DNA of 64,000 bases from Lytechinus pictus (taxonomy: Eukaryota): contig NC_087245.1 of the NCBI RefSeq assembly GCF_037042905.1, positions 3,040,001 through 3,104,000 on the forward strand, given 5' to 3'. Of the stretch, positions 37,009 to 50,154 are shown piece by piece. The notes below the pieces were generated by a model. It was not told the origin of the DNA, did no database searches, and was given only the letters and a program-made list of their open reading frames with translations. Each line of letters opens with the position of its first letter. Position 1 is the stretch's first letter. The position numbers were made by a program, and so were the translations under genes.

Positions 37009-39904
37009 TTAATATGACAATAAACTTCCATTACATGTCTATTATATACAAGTATTTTTCGAGATAGTAATTTATGATCTTTTTACAGTACCTTGTTTTA
37101 TATGACTATTAACATCTTTGACACAAAAAAATATTATTTTTTTCCACAATCAAGAATTTTAACCTTTTTATTGGTAAGCTTTCACTTGGGAGTCTGCAAG
37201 TCTCATTAGATCTTTGTCGTTGTTTGCATTGTTGCTGGAACAGCCCAACGGTGCATTATAATCAGATCGTACATGGGGGAGAGCATGTAATGTCCTAAGT
37301 CTCTATTCTGGGGGGGGGTGGAGTTCAATTCAAGCAACAATGTCAGATATGAAGGCCTGATGAGGCTGCTAGACTGTGGGGAAATAAAGGACGTTTTCTC
37401 ATGTCTACACATCTCAGGTTAAAAAAAAACAATTATGTTGACGAGATTCATCCAAATTTATCATTTGTATAGCTGATATATGAGTAGGGAATTTCAATTT
37501 GATGTTTCTATATTTGAAGATTTGATATGAGCTTGTATGTATAGGCTATTGCCTAATGTTCATTCATGCCTGATAAAGGAGTGTTTACGGTCACTTACTG
37601 GGAAAGCCAAGTCAGGATAATAAAGGATGCAATTGCTTTTTTTCAGGTAATAATAGTTTTATTCCCCCCAAAAAAGTGCATTTCTGTGCTCTCTGCATTT
37701 CTAATGTTGAAAAAAGTATTGTATTTAGATTTGGTTTGCAATATGTTTGATTGTGGAAAGGAAGGTTGTATTTTATTTTATTTCAATTTTGTGTTATTGA
37801 TTTCTTTCCTAATACCTTTGTTGTACATTAGATTATTGTAAGCTAATGCTATTTATTAGTTTGTACATGTAGATCAATTCTCAATATGGTCTTAAGTGGC
37901 CAGTTTCTAAACAGTCCAGTTTCTGGAGAGTGGTGCCAAATGAAAATAAAAGGTTTTGGGTCAACAGATGCTGGTATAAATAACATTGACTTCTTTTCAG
38001 ATAAAATGACAATATTTGTGTGTGTTTTGATGTAGGTCAAATGAACGGAAGAACTCAGAAAATTAGGTGTGAAATGTAGTAATTACAGTTTCATAGCAAG
38101 AAGTATAATAAATAATTATGCAAGAAAGGTGCAATTCTTCTTTTGTTGCTGTGCATTTATTCAGTTTCTAACAGGAACCTTTGACATAAACTGCTAATAA
38201 TTTGTTCATACAAACACTTGGTGGTCAATCGGTTGTATTGTGTTGAAATTAATTTCTTTATCATGGCTACAACTACAGTTAACTTCTATTTTTGCATCTA
38301 TCAATTCAGGGTGATCTCACTAAAATCAAATCTTTGACAGAGGTATTCACAGGAAACCACTTATTGATTGTCTATTGTGTTTAAAGTCATATATGTATAT
38401 GTCAAATCTGTCTACCAAGTAGCTGTGATGTTAGCAGTTGTCATTTCCGGTAAGTTTGATTGAATGTCCTTTTTGTCTCAGAGGAATGCTTTATGCTTTT
38501 TTGTATTTTATATGGCAAAGAAGCTTCAAATGTTGCACTGCTCTGACACTTCAAGTTTGTCACACTTGAAGGTGATAATAGTTTTGCTTTCTATCCTCTG
38601 GAAAAACAGGATGATAATAACAGTCTAGCTGTTATTAACATTATTACAGTTTATTTAATCAGATTTCTTAATGAAAATGTCATTCAATGAGTAACAAATG
38701 TATATTTTGCTGAGAAGTTTAAAAGAATAATTGATTAAAAAAAAGAACATTGCTCCCAGATTTATAAATAAAATCTTATTTCATAATTTTTGTTTGTTTG
38801 TTTTGATTGCTGAAATTCAATAAATTCTTTCTTTTTAGAATTAACATTCCTGTTGTCACTGTATTTGAATCTTGTTGCTAATAAATTATAAATGCATGCT
38901 TTTTGCAAAGGGTACTAAATTCATGTGTTAATGCAAGAAACCTGCATAGTCTATGGTTTTGTACCATAGTAGAATGATTGAAACCACCTTTGTGGATACT
39001 GGCTTATTCGTGTTCTATATCTCTCTTGTTGATTATGCCACATGCCCTTAACTTTATATGATGGTTTCTGATATTTGAGCTCTCTAACAAGCACTTCAGT
39101 CTAGAGTTATTATTTTCCATTTTCTTTACACACCCTGAAAATTTTCACCAAAATGGAAATGGTGCTTTAAAAAATAATGTATTATTGTTACCAAAACCCA
39201 TATCTATTTAATCCCACCCCTTAAAAAATGGGAGGGAAAAGGGAGGAAAGGGAGACATTTGCACGGGGTTATATTTTTTTAAATACAAATACAAAAAAAA
39301 AAAAAAAAAAAAAAATGAATTTGAATTCTGATCTGAGTTAATCTGTATTCCTAAAATTGTGTTTACTTTTTCTCTTTTCATTATCTCTCACACTAAGAAT
39401 GCATGATCTGGAAAGGGCTCATGAACATTTCTGTGCTCTATATCAAGATAATAGATATGGTGATAATCTTTTTTCAAAATCTTTACTTTCTTAGAGATAA
39501 AGGTATATGTAGATATGACTTGGTCAACAATAAGTATGCCTACCCTCACCATCCTGCAAGCAGATTGCATTTTACAAGAAGAGACACTCCAAAAATATTA
39601 TAAAGCAGGAATTTGCAGAGTTTTCAGTTATTTATGACCTCATTTGAGATGATGATTCCTTTTTTTTTTCATGTGCTATCGTAGGGGTATATGGCATCAC
39701 CTTTTGTACATAATTATGATAATGCACAGGCATCAGTGGAAGGGGCGCAAGGTGTATATATGCCTAATAATGCTCAAATGTTCTTTGGAGAGGAGGTTGA
39801 TCAAAGTCAAAACATTTCATGATTGGTTGAGAAAAAAATGGGCATGCCAGTGATAAAATATGAGACGTCTGTACAGACATTTGGTAATTTTCAATGCAAA
39901 TTAC

Positions 39905-40101
39905 CTCATCGTGGCACCTCGCACTGATACACATCCCGGGAGCTTTGAAGCTGCGGAAAGGGATTACTCTTCAAGGTTCAAGATATAGCATTTCCATTTA
40001 TTTGAATGCAGGATAAAAGAGCATTGCCGATTAAATGCCTTGCTCATCAAGCCCCAGACTGTATAGCCAGGCGCCTTAGACCACTTGGCCATGGCACCTC
40101 C
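39905..40101 (-). mobile_element. Internally deleted tRNA-derived SINE
   Basis: Minus strand begins GGAGGTGCCATGGCCAAGTGGTCTAAGGCG (A box), then GAGCAAGGCATTTAA; B box missing. Confidence 0.55.
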
Positions 40102-40107
40102 ACCTAA

Positions 40108-40706
40108 AGGTCAAGTCCACCCCAGAAAATTGTTGATTTCAATCAATAGAGAAAAATCTAACAAGCATACTCAGGCTGAGTCAAAAGTGGCTGTAAGATA
40201 AGAAAGTTATGACATTTTAATGTTTCGCTTATTTTTCTCAAAACAGTTATATGCACAACTCAGTGATATGCAAATGAGAGAGTTGATGATGTCACTCACT
40301 CACTATTTCTTTTGTTTTTTACTGTTTGAATTATACAATATTTCAATTTTTGCAGAAATGACATATGTAAAACTTGTCTGAACCACATAATGTTAAACAA
40401 TGTTCATTCCACATGTTCAGGGAGGAATAAACCTTGATTAACATGACAAGGGGGAGAAAATCAGAATATATTTCATATTTCCTGTAATAGAATACAAAAG
40501 AAATAGTGAGTGGGTGACATCATCAGTCCCATCATTTGCATATACCGACCAGGATGTGCATACAAACTGTTTTGTGAAATAAAGCGAAGTTTAAAAATGT
40601 CATAACTTCTTACTTTACATCCGATTTTGATGAAATTTTCAGTGTTATGCTTGTTGGATTTTTCTCTTTTTATTCAAATTAACTTTTGTTGGGGTGGATT
40701 TGTCCT
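40108..40706. mobile_element. Kolobok-like MITE
   Basis: AGGTCAAGTCCACCCC ... GGGGTGGATTTGTCCT|TTAA. Confidence 0.85.
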
Positions 40707-40714
40707 TTAATATA

Positions 40715-41482
40715 CAGTGCGTCCCACAAAAAACGAAACCGAGATTTATCGATGATTTATCATAACTTAATCGCAAATACAATAGACAAATGACCTACCA
40801 TTTTAAAGCTTAGAATCTCCTCTTTCATCTGAAACTACTTAGATTATTTCTCATTCACGCATGAGTGAGCAAAAACAATTTGAAAAGGGGATACCAAAAA
40901 GTCACTTGGCGGGCCGTATCTGGGTTTTAAAAAGAAAACCACCTTTTTAAAAAGTTCAATATCTGCTCTTAAATTTGATACCTCAATTACAGAAAATGGT
41001 CAAGAAATAAAAAAGTTCTGGTTATTTGAAATAAGGCTTGAATTTCAATAATTTCATAAAATGAAGAGGTTTTACAGGATAGCATACAAACTCACTCGAC
41101 ACTCCGTTTTGTTGACGATCGTCTTTTGTTACCGTGCGATAGCTTCTGTGGGAAACCTGTGAAAACACGTGAAATTATGGAAATACAAGCATTGTTTCGA
41201 GGGATCATAACTTTTTTACTACTTGACCATTTTCTGTGATTTAGGTATCAAAGAAAAGAGAAGATATTGAACTTTTTAGTCATGTGATTTTCTTTTTGAA
41301 ATTCAGATACCCCCCGCCTAATGAGTTTTTGGCATCCTTTCTTCGAATTGTTTTTGCTCAATCATGCGTGAATGAGGAATAATCTAAGTAATACCAGATG
41401 AAAGAGGAGATTCTAAGCTTTACATTGGTAGGTCATTTGTCTATTTTATTTATGATTAAGTTATGATAAATCATCGATAAAT
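40715..41482. mobile_element. Tc1/mariner MITE with long TIRs, right tip missing
   Basis: TA|CAGTGCGTCCCAC start; 40743-41070 is inverted at about 41170-41482; the last ~28 bp of the right TIR are absent. Confidence 0.8.
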
Positions 41483-42493
41483 TTACAACACACAAGGCCC
41501 TATGAGGGCCTTAAATAAAACAGATATGCTGCCCCCAACGTCCGCAAATGTAAACCAGCTGACAACAAAAATGACCGACCGGACACGACACGACAGCCGA
41601 CGGTGTTGGTGTACGAACTGAGATGTATTTCTGTTATTTTTGCAGAATTCAACTACAGTCTACACCCTGTATCGAGGCCAATTGCATTTCGTTACTATGC
41701 ACTTACTGAGTAAAAAAATGTGGTAAGTTGAGAGTATGCTTTGAACTTTTCTTCCATAGCATAGCACAGTTGCAGTTGTCAGTTGATGTCAATCACTCAA
41801 TGCATGCCTGGGTAGCGCTCCCCCCGTGTCTTTCCCGGTGTAGCGGCATATCGATCTGTTGGAAGTTATCGTTCTTTCTCGGAACTAGCCAGGAGGCTCC
41901 CACCCATGGGCTCATATCATCTCGCGTGCGAAGGAATATCATTCATAATAACGCGACACACACGACACATCCATATACTACTTAGACAGCTGGCAGCCGT
42001 CTGTTTCGAGGAGTTTTTTAACATTTTATTTTTTTTTAAATTTCTCCTCATACACAGACGGCTCGCTAGCGTGCAGCCACCATTAGGGGACTTGCAATGC
42101 AAAATCCCCCCGTCGGGGCTCTTCAATTTTTGTCTTTAATGAGTAAAAATTTTGAAAATTCACGCGACCAAAATGCAAATTAATATTCCCTCTTGGCATC
42201 AATTGCCAAAAAACGGAGAAAAATCAAGTTAAAAGGAACAAAAACAGTGACTTACCTCGGCTGTCGCGCAAATTCACTTCCCCTTTTTATCCGATCTTAA
42301 GTACATAAACATATGGCCATTGAGTCCCCTGTACAGATCGCGCTAGAACTTCGGTCTCTGTATTTGGTGAGTGAAGCCAACGGAGTTCAGCTGAACAACC
42401 AACATAACAGAGACCGAAGCTTTTGGTCTATATACTACTGGGCTTTCGCCCACATAAAACATCACACATAATTTAGGGATTTCACATTCTGCT

Positions 42494-43708
42494 TAGCCAG
42501 GCGGCTTCTAGAGAGTAAAAATCATTTACTAACGTAAGGTTACTCTCATGAAGCCAGGCCTTTAAGTTCTATCTGACTCTTGAGTATCTCATAGTCATAG
42601 ACCCACACAAAGGAAGCCAAAACCTGAAACTACCCCCAAGATTTCTACTTTCCTTCTAAAAGATCTAGCTCTAAATCATGTACATGAGACAAAACTTCAT
42701 TTCCGACATTTCTACGCTCTCGTTGTTATTTTTAAAACAAGAATTCATCTAAAAAATGAAAAAATATTGTGAAAAGACGGAAGAGACTTGCCCGATGTTT
42801 ACGCCGACATCTTGTTAGGGTGTCTGGAGAAAAAAATTATTTTTCTTATTTCAAGAAAATATCACATTTTCTTTGTGAATTTGAAGAGAAATGACCTTCA
42901 GACTGACAGAAATGTAACATTTTTGAAAAAAATCCAATTATTGGCTGCAAAAAAGAAGAATGAAATTAGGTTAATTTTCAGCATTTCTCTGCCATAGACT
43001 GTGTAGTTAAGAAATGGACACACACAAATCCAAATTTTTAGCTTCCGAGAGCTGTTATAAATTTATTATTAATGCCAAAAACTTGTCCATAAAGAGTCCA
43101 ATAGGATTTTTTATGCTCTATCTGATGGTATGATTTTTATAAAGATTTGGAAACCAGATCACAATGAAAAATTGCGACAAAGTGAAAAAAATTGTGCAAA
43201 ACAGAAATTTCATTTTCCCATAGAAAACGCATGGAGAAATGGCAATCTCAACACACACAAAAATAAGGGTTTGCAATTTATCTCTAAATCCTTATTTAAA
43301 ATGATCATACAAACTTGTCCTTACTGTCAAAAGAAGCCCCTGAATTTTCTCTTTCCATACATGCCAAACACAAGTTAATAATCAATTCAGATCACATTTT
43401 TCTAGTAGCCTGAACTTCCCCGAAAAAATGTGCCATATTTTCCCCTAAATCAGCCTGTTTTATGCTGACACTTTTCAGTGTGGCTTCAGACACCCTAATC
43501 TTGTTTCTTATTGTACTTCCCCAACGTTACGGAGTACGGACGCGAGCTTTCTTTTAGAAGGAAAGTAGAAATCTTGGGGGTGAAAGTTTCAGGTTTTGGC
43601 TTCCTTTGTGTGGGTCTGTGAGATAGAATTAGAAGGCCTGGCTTCGTATGAGAGTAACCTTACGTTAGTAAATGATTTTTACTCTCTAGAATAGAAGCCG
43701 CCTGGCTA
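42494..43708. mobile_element. hAT-like MITE with ~170-bp TIRs and 8-bp TSD, carrying a nested insertion
   Basis: ATTCTGCT|TAGCCAGGCGGCTTCTA ... TAGAAGCCGCCTGGCTA|ATTCTGCT. Confidence 0.88.
42816..43497. mobile_element. Nested MITE with TAGGG termini
   Basis: ATCTTGT|TAGGGTGTCTG ... CAGACACCCTA|ATCTTGT; the uninterrupted host sequence is visible in the copy at 10645-10660. Confidence 0.85.
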
Positions 43709-45019
43709 ATTCTGCTATGACACTTACCCAATCATTTAGATCCTTCCGTGACTTCTCCTTGAAGTTTCTTCTAAAAAATATGTATATTTTCTTGATCTTT
43801 AATGAAGATTTCACGGAGATAAAATTTGGTCAGCGCCGATATCAATTTTCGTCTAAAGAGGGCGCGCGATTTATATTCTTCAAAGACACGACAAGGGAAA
43901 GACTAGGCACCTACACTATTTTACACGCAAATTGACGCAGGTCATTACGCAAAGTCCGTGAAGTGTCCAATCTTTTCATTGTAAAGACTTTGGTGTACCG
44001 TATTATTGATGTTCGTTAAAGCCTGTAGGCCTAGGGCCTACTGCTGGTTTCGTTCCAGGCACGTTTATTTTTTTCAATTTTTCTTAATATTAGTCATCGT
44101 TTTAAATTAATTGCAGAAAAGTGTTATCATCGCCAATAATAATCTTGAATTATGTTTTTGACATGTTTGAAGGTATTTCATTTATTGGTGCCCATAATTA
44201 GTAAATTAATCATAAGAATTGCGCATTCAAAGAATTTAGACACAGTTATAAAATTACCGAGGAGCTGAATCAAGGTTGTGAAATTTATTAGCGCCACCAA
44301 CGGGCCTCCTTGTATTTCCGTAGAAGTGACAAGCGAAGTTACTTTCCAGGCCGAGGTAAGCGAAATTTGCTCTTTTTGACCGATTATTATATTCAAATTA
44401 CATTTTTTATTTTTTAATGTATTGCTACTTATCGGAAAGAGCCCCGGTGAGTAGCGAGAAGGAGTTTCGGCAAATATTACTTCAGCAATGAAGCGATGTT
44501 TGCCGACTACTTCGAAATCAAGGGTCAAACACGGTTCGGTGAACGAGGTTAGTATATACTAATACTAACCTCGTAGTGTGAGTGATTGGAGACTTGCTTT
44601 GCAAAAGGACAAAAGAAACAACACCAACAAAAGCATGATTTTTTCCACCCAAAATTTTGTCTCACTGAGCCTGAGGTCAGAAGCCCATTTGTTTTGTGTG
44701 TGATTGACAACAAAAATCCTTATCAAAACAAAAGTAGACGGTGAAAAGGGGTAATTTTTCATGAGGAATCTGCTTATCACATTTTTATTTGCCGCCAAGG
44801 TAATCCTTTTGCAGCAAATGTAAACAAAGGAAATTGGTATCCAAAACTGGAGACTGTCTCTGAAATTGGATACCCAAATTCTTTACAAAAGTCTCTGATA
44901 TTGGAGCATAATCTCCCACATTGGAGACAGTCTCCAATATTGGTCGTGCGCCTCTATTGGTGTAGATCTACCGAGAAAAAAAATGAAATTTTCGCTCCCA
45001 AAAGCCAAACTAAAGGCCC

Positions 45020-45260
45020 AAGTCCAAGATTTCTACTTTCCTGTGTCCTTCTAACATAAACTTTAGTCTAGAATCTAACGTTGGCCCTAAAATTTAGATC
45101 TAGATGGGATACAACTACAAGTAACTTCATTTCCAACCTTTCTACGATATTGATTTCATTTTTAACAAGAATTTGTTAAAAAAACAAGAAAAATGTTCTG
45201 AAAAGATGGGGAAAACTTGCTGCAATGACTACGTCGCCATCTTGTTTTCTTTGTTTTTTC
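45020..45260. repeat. Diverged internal fragment of the 42494-43708 family
   Basis: CCAAGATTTCTACTTTCC, AACTTCATTTCC and GCCATCTTGTTT blocks in the same order. Confidence 0.65.
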
Positions 45261-46421
45261 ACCAAGATACAAGACGCATATACCGATAGGGTAGCCTTGA
45301 GGACTTTGTGATGATATTTTTTAATATTTTGACATATTCTTCATCATGAAGCCTTGAACCCCCTCCCATAGACGCATAAGCGCGACCTCCACACCTGGAT
45401 GGATTTCCCTAGGAAATCCATAGTTATATTGGCTATATAACCTCGTTCGTAGGGTGAAATCGGTTTGTAAGGGTGAATTTTATTTATCCATGAACCTTCA
45501 TACGCCTAATGCGTTTAAAGGGATAACAATTATTTCACTATGAATGGCAAAAATTGGAGGTTTCTTACCTCGTGTAGATCCCTCGATCCGTTTGTCAACA
45601 AAATTGAAAAGAATAGGCCTGACCCTTGAACCGCTTCCGTTATGACGTACCTTCGATTAGCGATGTTACAAAATGCCGTTTTCAAGAACAATTCATAGAT
45701 AAAAATTATTATTTAACAAAAACTAAAATTCAATACGTGATTATAAATAATTATAATACTAATAATTATTTTAATGTTGCAGAATTCATGAACAGATTAT
45801 TTAAAATGAAAAAAAAAACTTTTCAGAAAGATCTTAAATTTGTAGCCGCCGCCCCCCCCCCTCCAGCGTAAACAAAATGGAGAAAATTTGAGGTCACAAA
45901 ATCAGCTGATTTGCACTCAACATGTTAACAGGTCACGCACGCATGGACGCACACATTCCAAGGGCGGTAATTCGGGAAACTCATTTTCAAGCACTATGAT
46001 TTGCTCTACCCAGAAAGTGAATAATAATTTGATCACCTGCCATCAGCTTGTGGGCATCTCATTCACATTCCAACTCATTTAATAAACAACCACTCGCAGT
46101 AATTGGGCCGACAATGTTAAAGATAACTCTTTATAAAATATAAAGCATGATTCTGATATATAAATACATAGTGAAATTTAACAATTCATCCAGCAGTATT
46201 CAAATAGTAGGAACTCGTGTACATGTAGGCGTGAACAAATGAAATCTAAAACATTCACACAAATCAACTTCAATTATTTTTACTTGAAATTAATATCTTT
46301 GAATAATTGTTAATTCCAATGTATCAGAAATACGTTTGATGAAGTATTGCCATTATGTTGAATGTGTACTTCTGTTAAAATCTATTGAATCGCCTACACC
46401 TCCCGACCCAAGGTGGATTTC

Positions 46422-46971
46422 CCCGGGGGGGCCACTTCCATTCACGAGTGGATACCATGCGCGACCATGGGGTCTCGAAAAGCACCCTAAACACGTAATT
46501 TCCATATTCTGAAAATGCACCCCTTAACAAGTATTAGCGTCTAAAACCCTACCCTTAACAAGTATTTGAAATAAAACGATACTCTTGGCAAATATTTCCT
46601 GAAATGAACCCCTAAACAAGTACAGGAATGTTTTATTGTTACGGGTCCTTCGGTCTTCGGCTTTACCTTATTTGGTTTAGTACGACCCCACCTTCTACAC
46701 CTCGCGCAAATCGGACTCTAAACACGAAGTGTTGGGGCAAAAAGGACATCCTTTATAAAACATTTTAATTTTTTTTTATCATCCCCGCAAATTTGACCCT
46801 AAACACGTAATTTTCCTAGCGAAATAGATACCCTTTTTTCATTATTTTTGTGTTTTTTACACCCTTATCACGTTACGTACGTAACGTGCCCTATCGTAAA
46901 AAAGACATCCTTTTTACATGTTTTTTTGGTCGCGCATGGTATCCACTCGTCAATGTAAGTGGCCCCCCGGG
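46422..46971. mobile_element. MITE with CCCGGG termini and 8-bp TSD
   Basis: TGGATTTC|CCCGGGGGGGCCACTT...GAGTGGATACCATGCGCGACC ... GGTCGCGCATGGTATCCACTC...AAGTGGCCCCCCGGG|TGGATTTC; internal ACCCTAAACACG repeats. Confidence 0.9.
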
Positions 46972-47335
46972 TGGATTTCCCAATCTCCATAAAGAAAGAT
47001 TGTTCAGCCACCATCACAGACACATCCATAAATGAATTTTAATTTCATTCGCTCGGAACATTGACTTCTTTTCGCCAATCCCCTTCCCTACAAACATCTC
47101 ATCATTTCCTTTTTATTGCCCACAACCACCCCACCCCATTCATTCTTTCTCCATTACACAAACTAAATTTCAAATCATTTATTGTAAATCGTAATTGATA
47201 AGTACATGTACAACAAATTTGTTAAGTATTCACTGTGATGTGTTCATTATTTAATGGGTAGGCAAAGAACAATAAAAATGAAAAGACTATAACTCACATT
47301 AAAAAAGTTAATCTAAATCTGATAAAATGTATGTT

Positions 47336-47615
47336 GGTGCGTCATGGTCTAGTGGTTCTGACTCTTGCCTTTGAAATAGGGTCGTAGGTTCGAATCCTAG
47401 CCATGGCGTGTTTTACTTCAGCAAGAAATTTATCCACACTGCTGCACTCGACCCAGGTGAGGTGAATGGTTACCCGGCAGGAGTAATTCTTTGCATGCAC
47501 TGAGCGCCGGTGATGGTAGCTCGAGCTAAAGCCGGGGTAATAATAGCAGCGCTTTGTATCCTCAGGCAAAAAGCGCTTTATAAATCCAGCTTTTATTGTT
47601 AAATTATTAATATTA
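47336..47615 (+). mobile_element. Full-length tRNA-derived SINE
   Basis: A box TGGTCTAGTGG (47345), B box GGTTCGAATCC (47387), core GCACTCGACCCAGGTGAGG, L2-like tail AAGCGCTTTATAAATCC plus AT-rich repeats. Confidence 0.9.
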
Positions 47616-48149
47616 TATTAATATTATTAACAAAAAATTATTACTTATGAAAATTATTATAGTTTTAATGAATATCTTTAAAAAAGTATTCAAATTATAT
47701 TGGTTTTGGACCCCATCTAAATTTGGAAGACTCGGATCAAACAATCTTGGGGATTTGATGATGCCATGTGTGATTTGTATACTGTACTGTATGTGTGGCA
47801 TGTAGCGAGTGAAACAGAAAACTTGGTAGACTACACATGCACTCGCAAAATTAATCAACACTTTCAAGAGATGTAGAGATCTAGATCGGAATATAAATGT
47901 GAATAAATCATTTAAGTACATGTAAATGAGTTGGACATTATACTGTGTACATGTATCAAATCAATCCCTTCCTTTGGCTTTGTTGATAACATGATCTATG
48001 GATGATTTTCTCAATTTGCTCTATGGCAGTGAATACCGGAAAAGCATCCATTACTATTGCTGGCACTGGATGAAATAAAATTTTGATATTATTTTTGACA
48101 CACTTTACTTTTGACAAAATAAGTGACAACATCAACTGGAACTTGTAAC

Positions 48150-50154
48150 TAGTGCTGCCACCAAACGGATATCCGAACGGTTTCCGCCCGCGTGGACGGA
48201 TAACGGTTTTCATTTTTCGGGTTCGGGTATCCGTGGACACTGATTCACCACTTTCCTGTCACAAAAACTCATTAAATTTAGTAAGACTCACCAACAAAAT
48301 TTATAAGTTTTAGTCGCCAATATAATCACCAATATCAATTAATCTTCTTCGGTAGTATATTCCCGCCGAAACCATCGTTTTTATATCAGTTTTGGAACAT
48401 GACCTTATATCAGTTTTGGAGCATGACCGTCCGTGAATGGAGTAAAGTTCCGTTCTGACAATGATGGCGATTTTACTATGGTGTCGCTTAAGATCATTTT
48501 TCTTTCCTGTCTTATGTTTTGATGATTTCAAATGCGTAACTCATCGTATATTTTCTTACCTCGACTTTCAATGCGAGTGAAGAATGAAGATAATTTGAAA
48601 CCATTTAAGCGTCAAATAAATGTTGATCGGGTTACTCGGGTGTGTCATGTTGTTTCTTGTAATTTATTCATCAAATGCAAAATGAATTCTACTTTTTCTC
48701 GCAGCAACTTTGGTTACAAATGAAGATGATTATTTTTGAAACTATCGAAAGTTGAAAATGTTGAATAAATGTTGATTGCGTGTGTCATGTTGTTTTTGTG
48801 ATTTATTCATCAAATACAAAATGAATTCTACTTTTTCTCACGGCAACTTTCGTTACAAATGAAGATGAATATTTTTGAAACTATGAAAACGTCGAATGAA
48901 TGTTGGCTGCGTGTGTCCTGTTGTTTTTTGTAATTTATTTAAATTGAAATGCGTAATGAAATATTCATTTTCAGTACCGGTACTTTCGATATGAATGAAG
49001 AATGAAGATAATTTTGAAATCATGTAAACGTCAAATACATGTTGATTGGCCGTTTCATTTTGTTTCTTTTGATTTATTTATCAAATCCGAAATAATGAAT
49101 CATCCCTTTTCTTTCTTGAACTGTCATTAATAATGATTAATTAGAATGAAACTGTCCATTGTCGTAAACAACAATACTTAAAAGGCGGTATCATGCCAGA
49201 AAGGTTTATGATGTGCGCCCGCCGAGTATGTGGTCGGTTGTGAATCGATGTGTTTTGCAGTAAAACTTACTGGTGATGAATGTAAGTGATTAGTTACTGT
49301 TACTGTGATTAAATCTTGTCTTGAATCTTTGTTAGAAGTGTGATTATGTTTCAGAAGTTGAGAATAATAATAATAATATAGAGTATTTCTAAAGCGCCAA
49401 ATCCACATTGATTATGTGCTCAAGGCGCTGAAATATACTTGGTATATTACTATTAATGAGAAATGAGCTTGGCTATAATTTGGGGAATGGGGAGAAACCC
49501 GACATGAAAATGAAAATATTCCAAGTACGATCCCATTTGAAGGTGTAGCGAGTGTAATGTGACCAAATCTATATCGGACGATTCACTCCAGACACGTCCA
49601 GACAGGACAGCACGTGCATGAGCTGAATGATGTACAGTAGGCCTGTCTGGTTTTAGACTTTTAGTAATAGTAGACTCGCACTTACAATCGCCTCGGTCAA
49701 ATTCATTGCATCTTATTTCATTCGATCGGAACTAAAAAATAAACACACATACTCTCGCAACCATTAAATGGGATCGTAACTAGGCCCGACTTGTATAACT
49801 CAAATAATAGTAATTTACTAATAGCGTACACAGTCATACGATCTACATTTGTAGCCGTAGCCTCACGCTAACTCACATTAGTCAAATCTGATTGCAAAAC
49901 AGATTCAACCCAAAATATTCAGCTTCTCGTAATTTCGTGGTTTTCAGAAATATTTTAATTAGCGCACGCTGACTCTCGCCATCATCGGATAGGTTCAAAA
50001 CTCAAATATAACTGAAAATCTTAAATATAACTCAAATAAGTGCAAATGGATATTATTTTTTATATTTCAGGGTACAATTTCGGATACCCGTCCGCCGTCC
50101 GGTTTTCAGTGTCGGGTATCTGAATATTGAAATATCTGTTTCAAGTCAGGCCTA
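48150..50154. mobile_element. 2-kb non-autonomous hAT element with an internal tandem array (about 48580-49100)
   Basis: CTTGTAAC|TAGTGCTGCC ... GTCAGGCCTA|CTTGTAAC (perfect 8-bp TSD, imperfect TIR); CGGAT/CGGGT subterminal repeats at both ends. Confidence 0.85.

Noticed and set aside
45410..45620. Possible Crypton-type element end
   Set aside because: Only a vague resemblance; no partner end, second copy or ORF.
47336..47410. tRNA gene
   Set aside because: A and B boxes are present but the sequence continues into a SINE core and tail; no clean cloverleaf.
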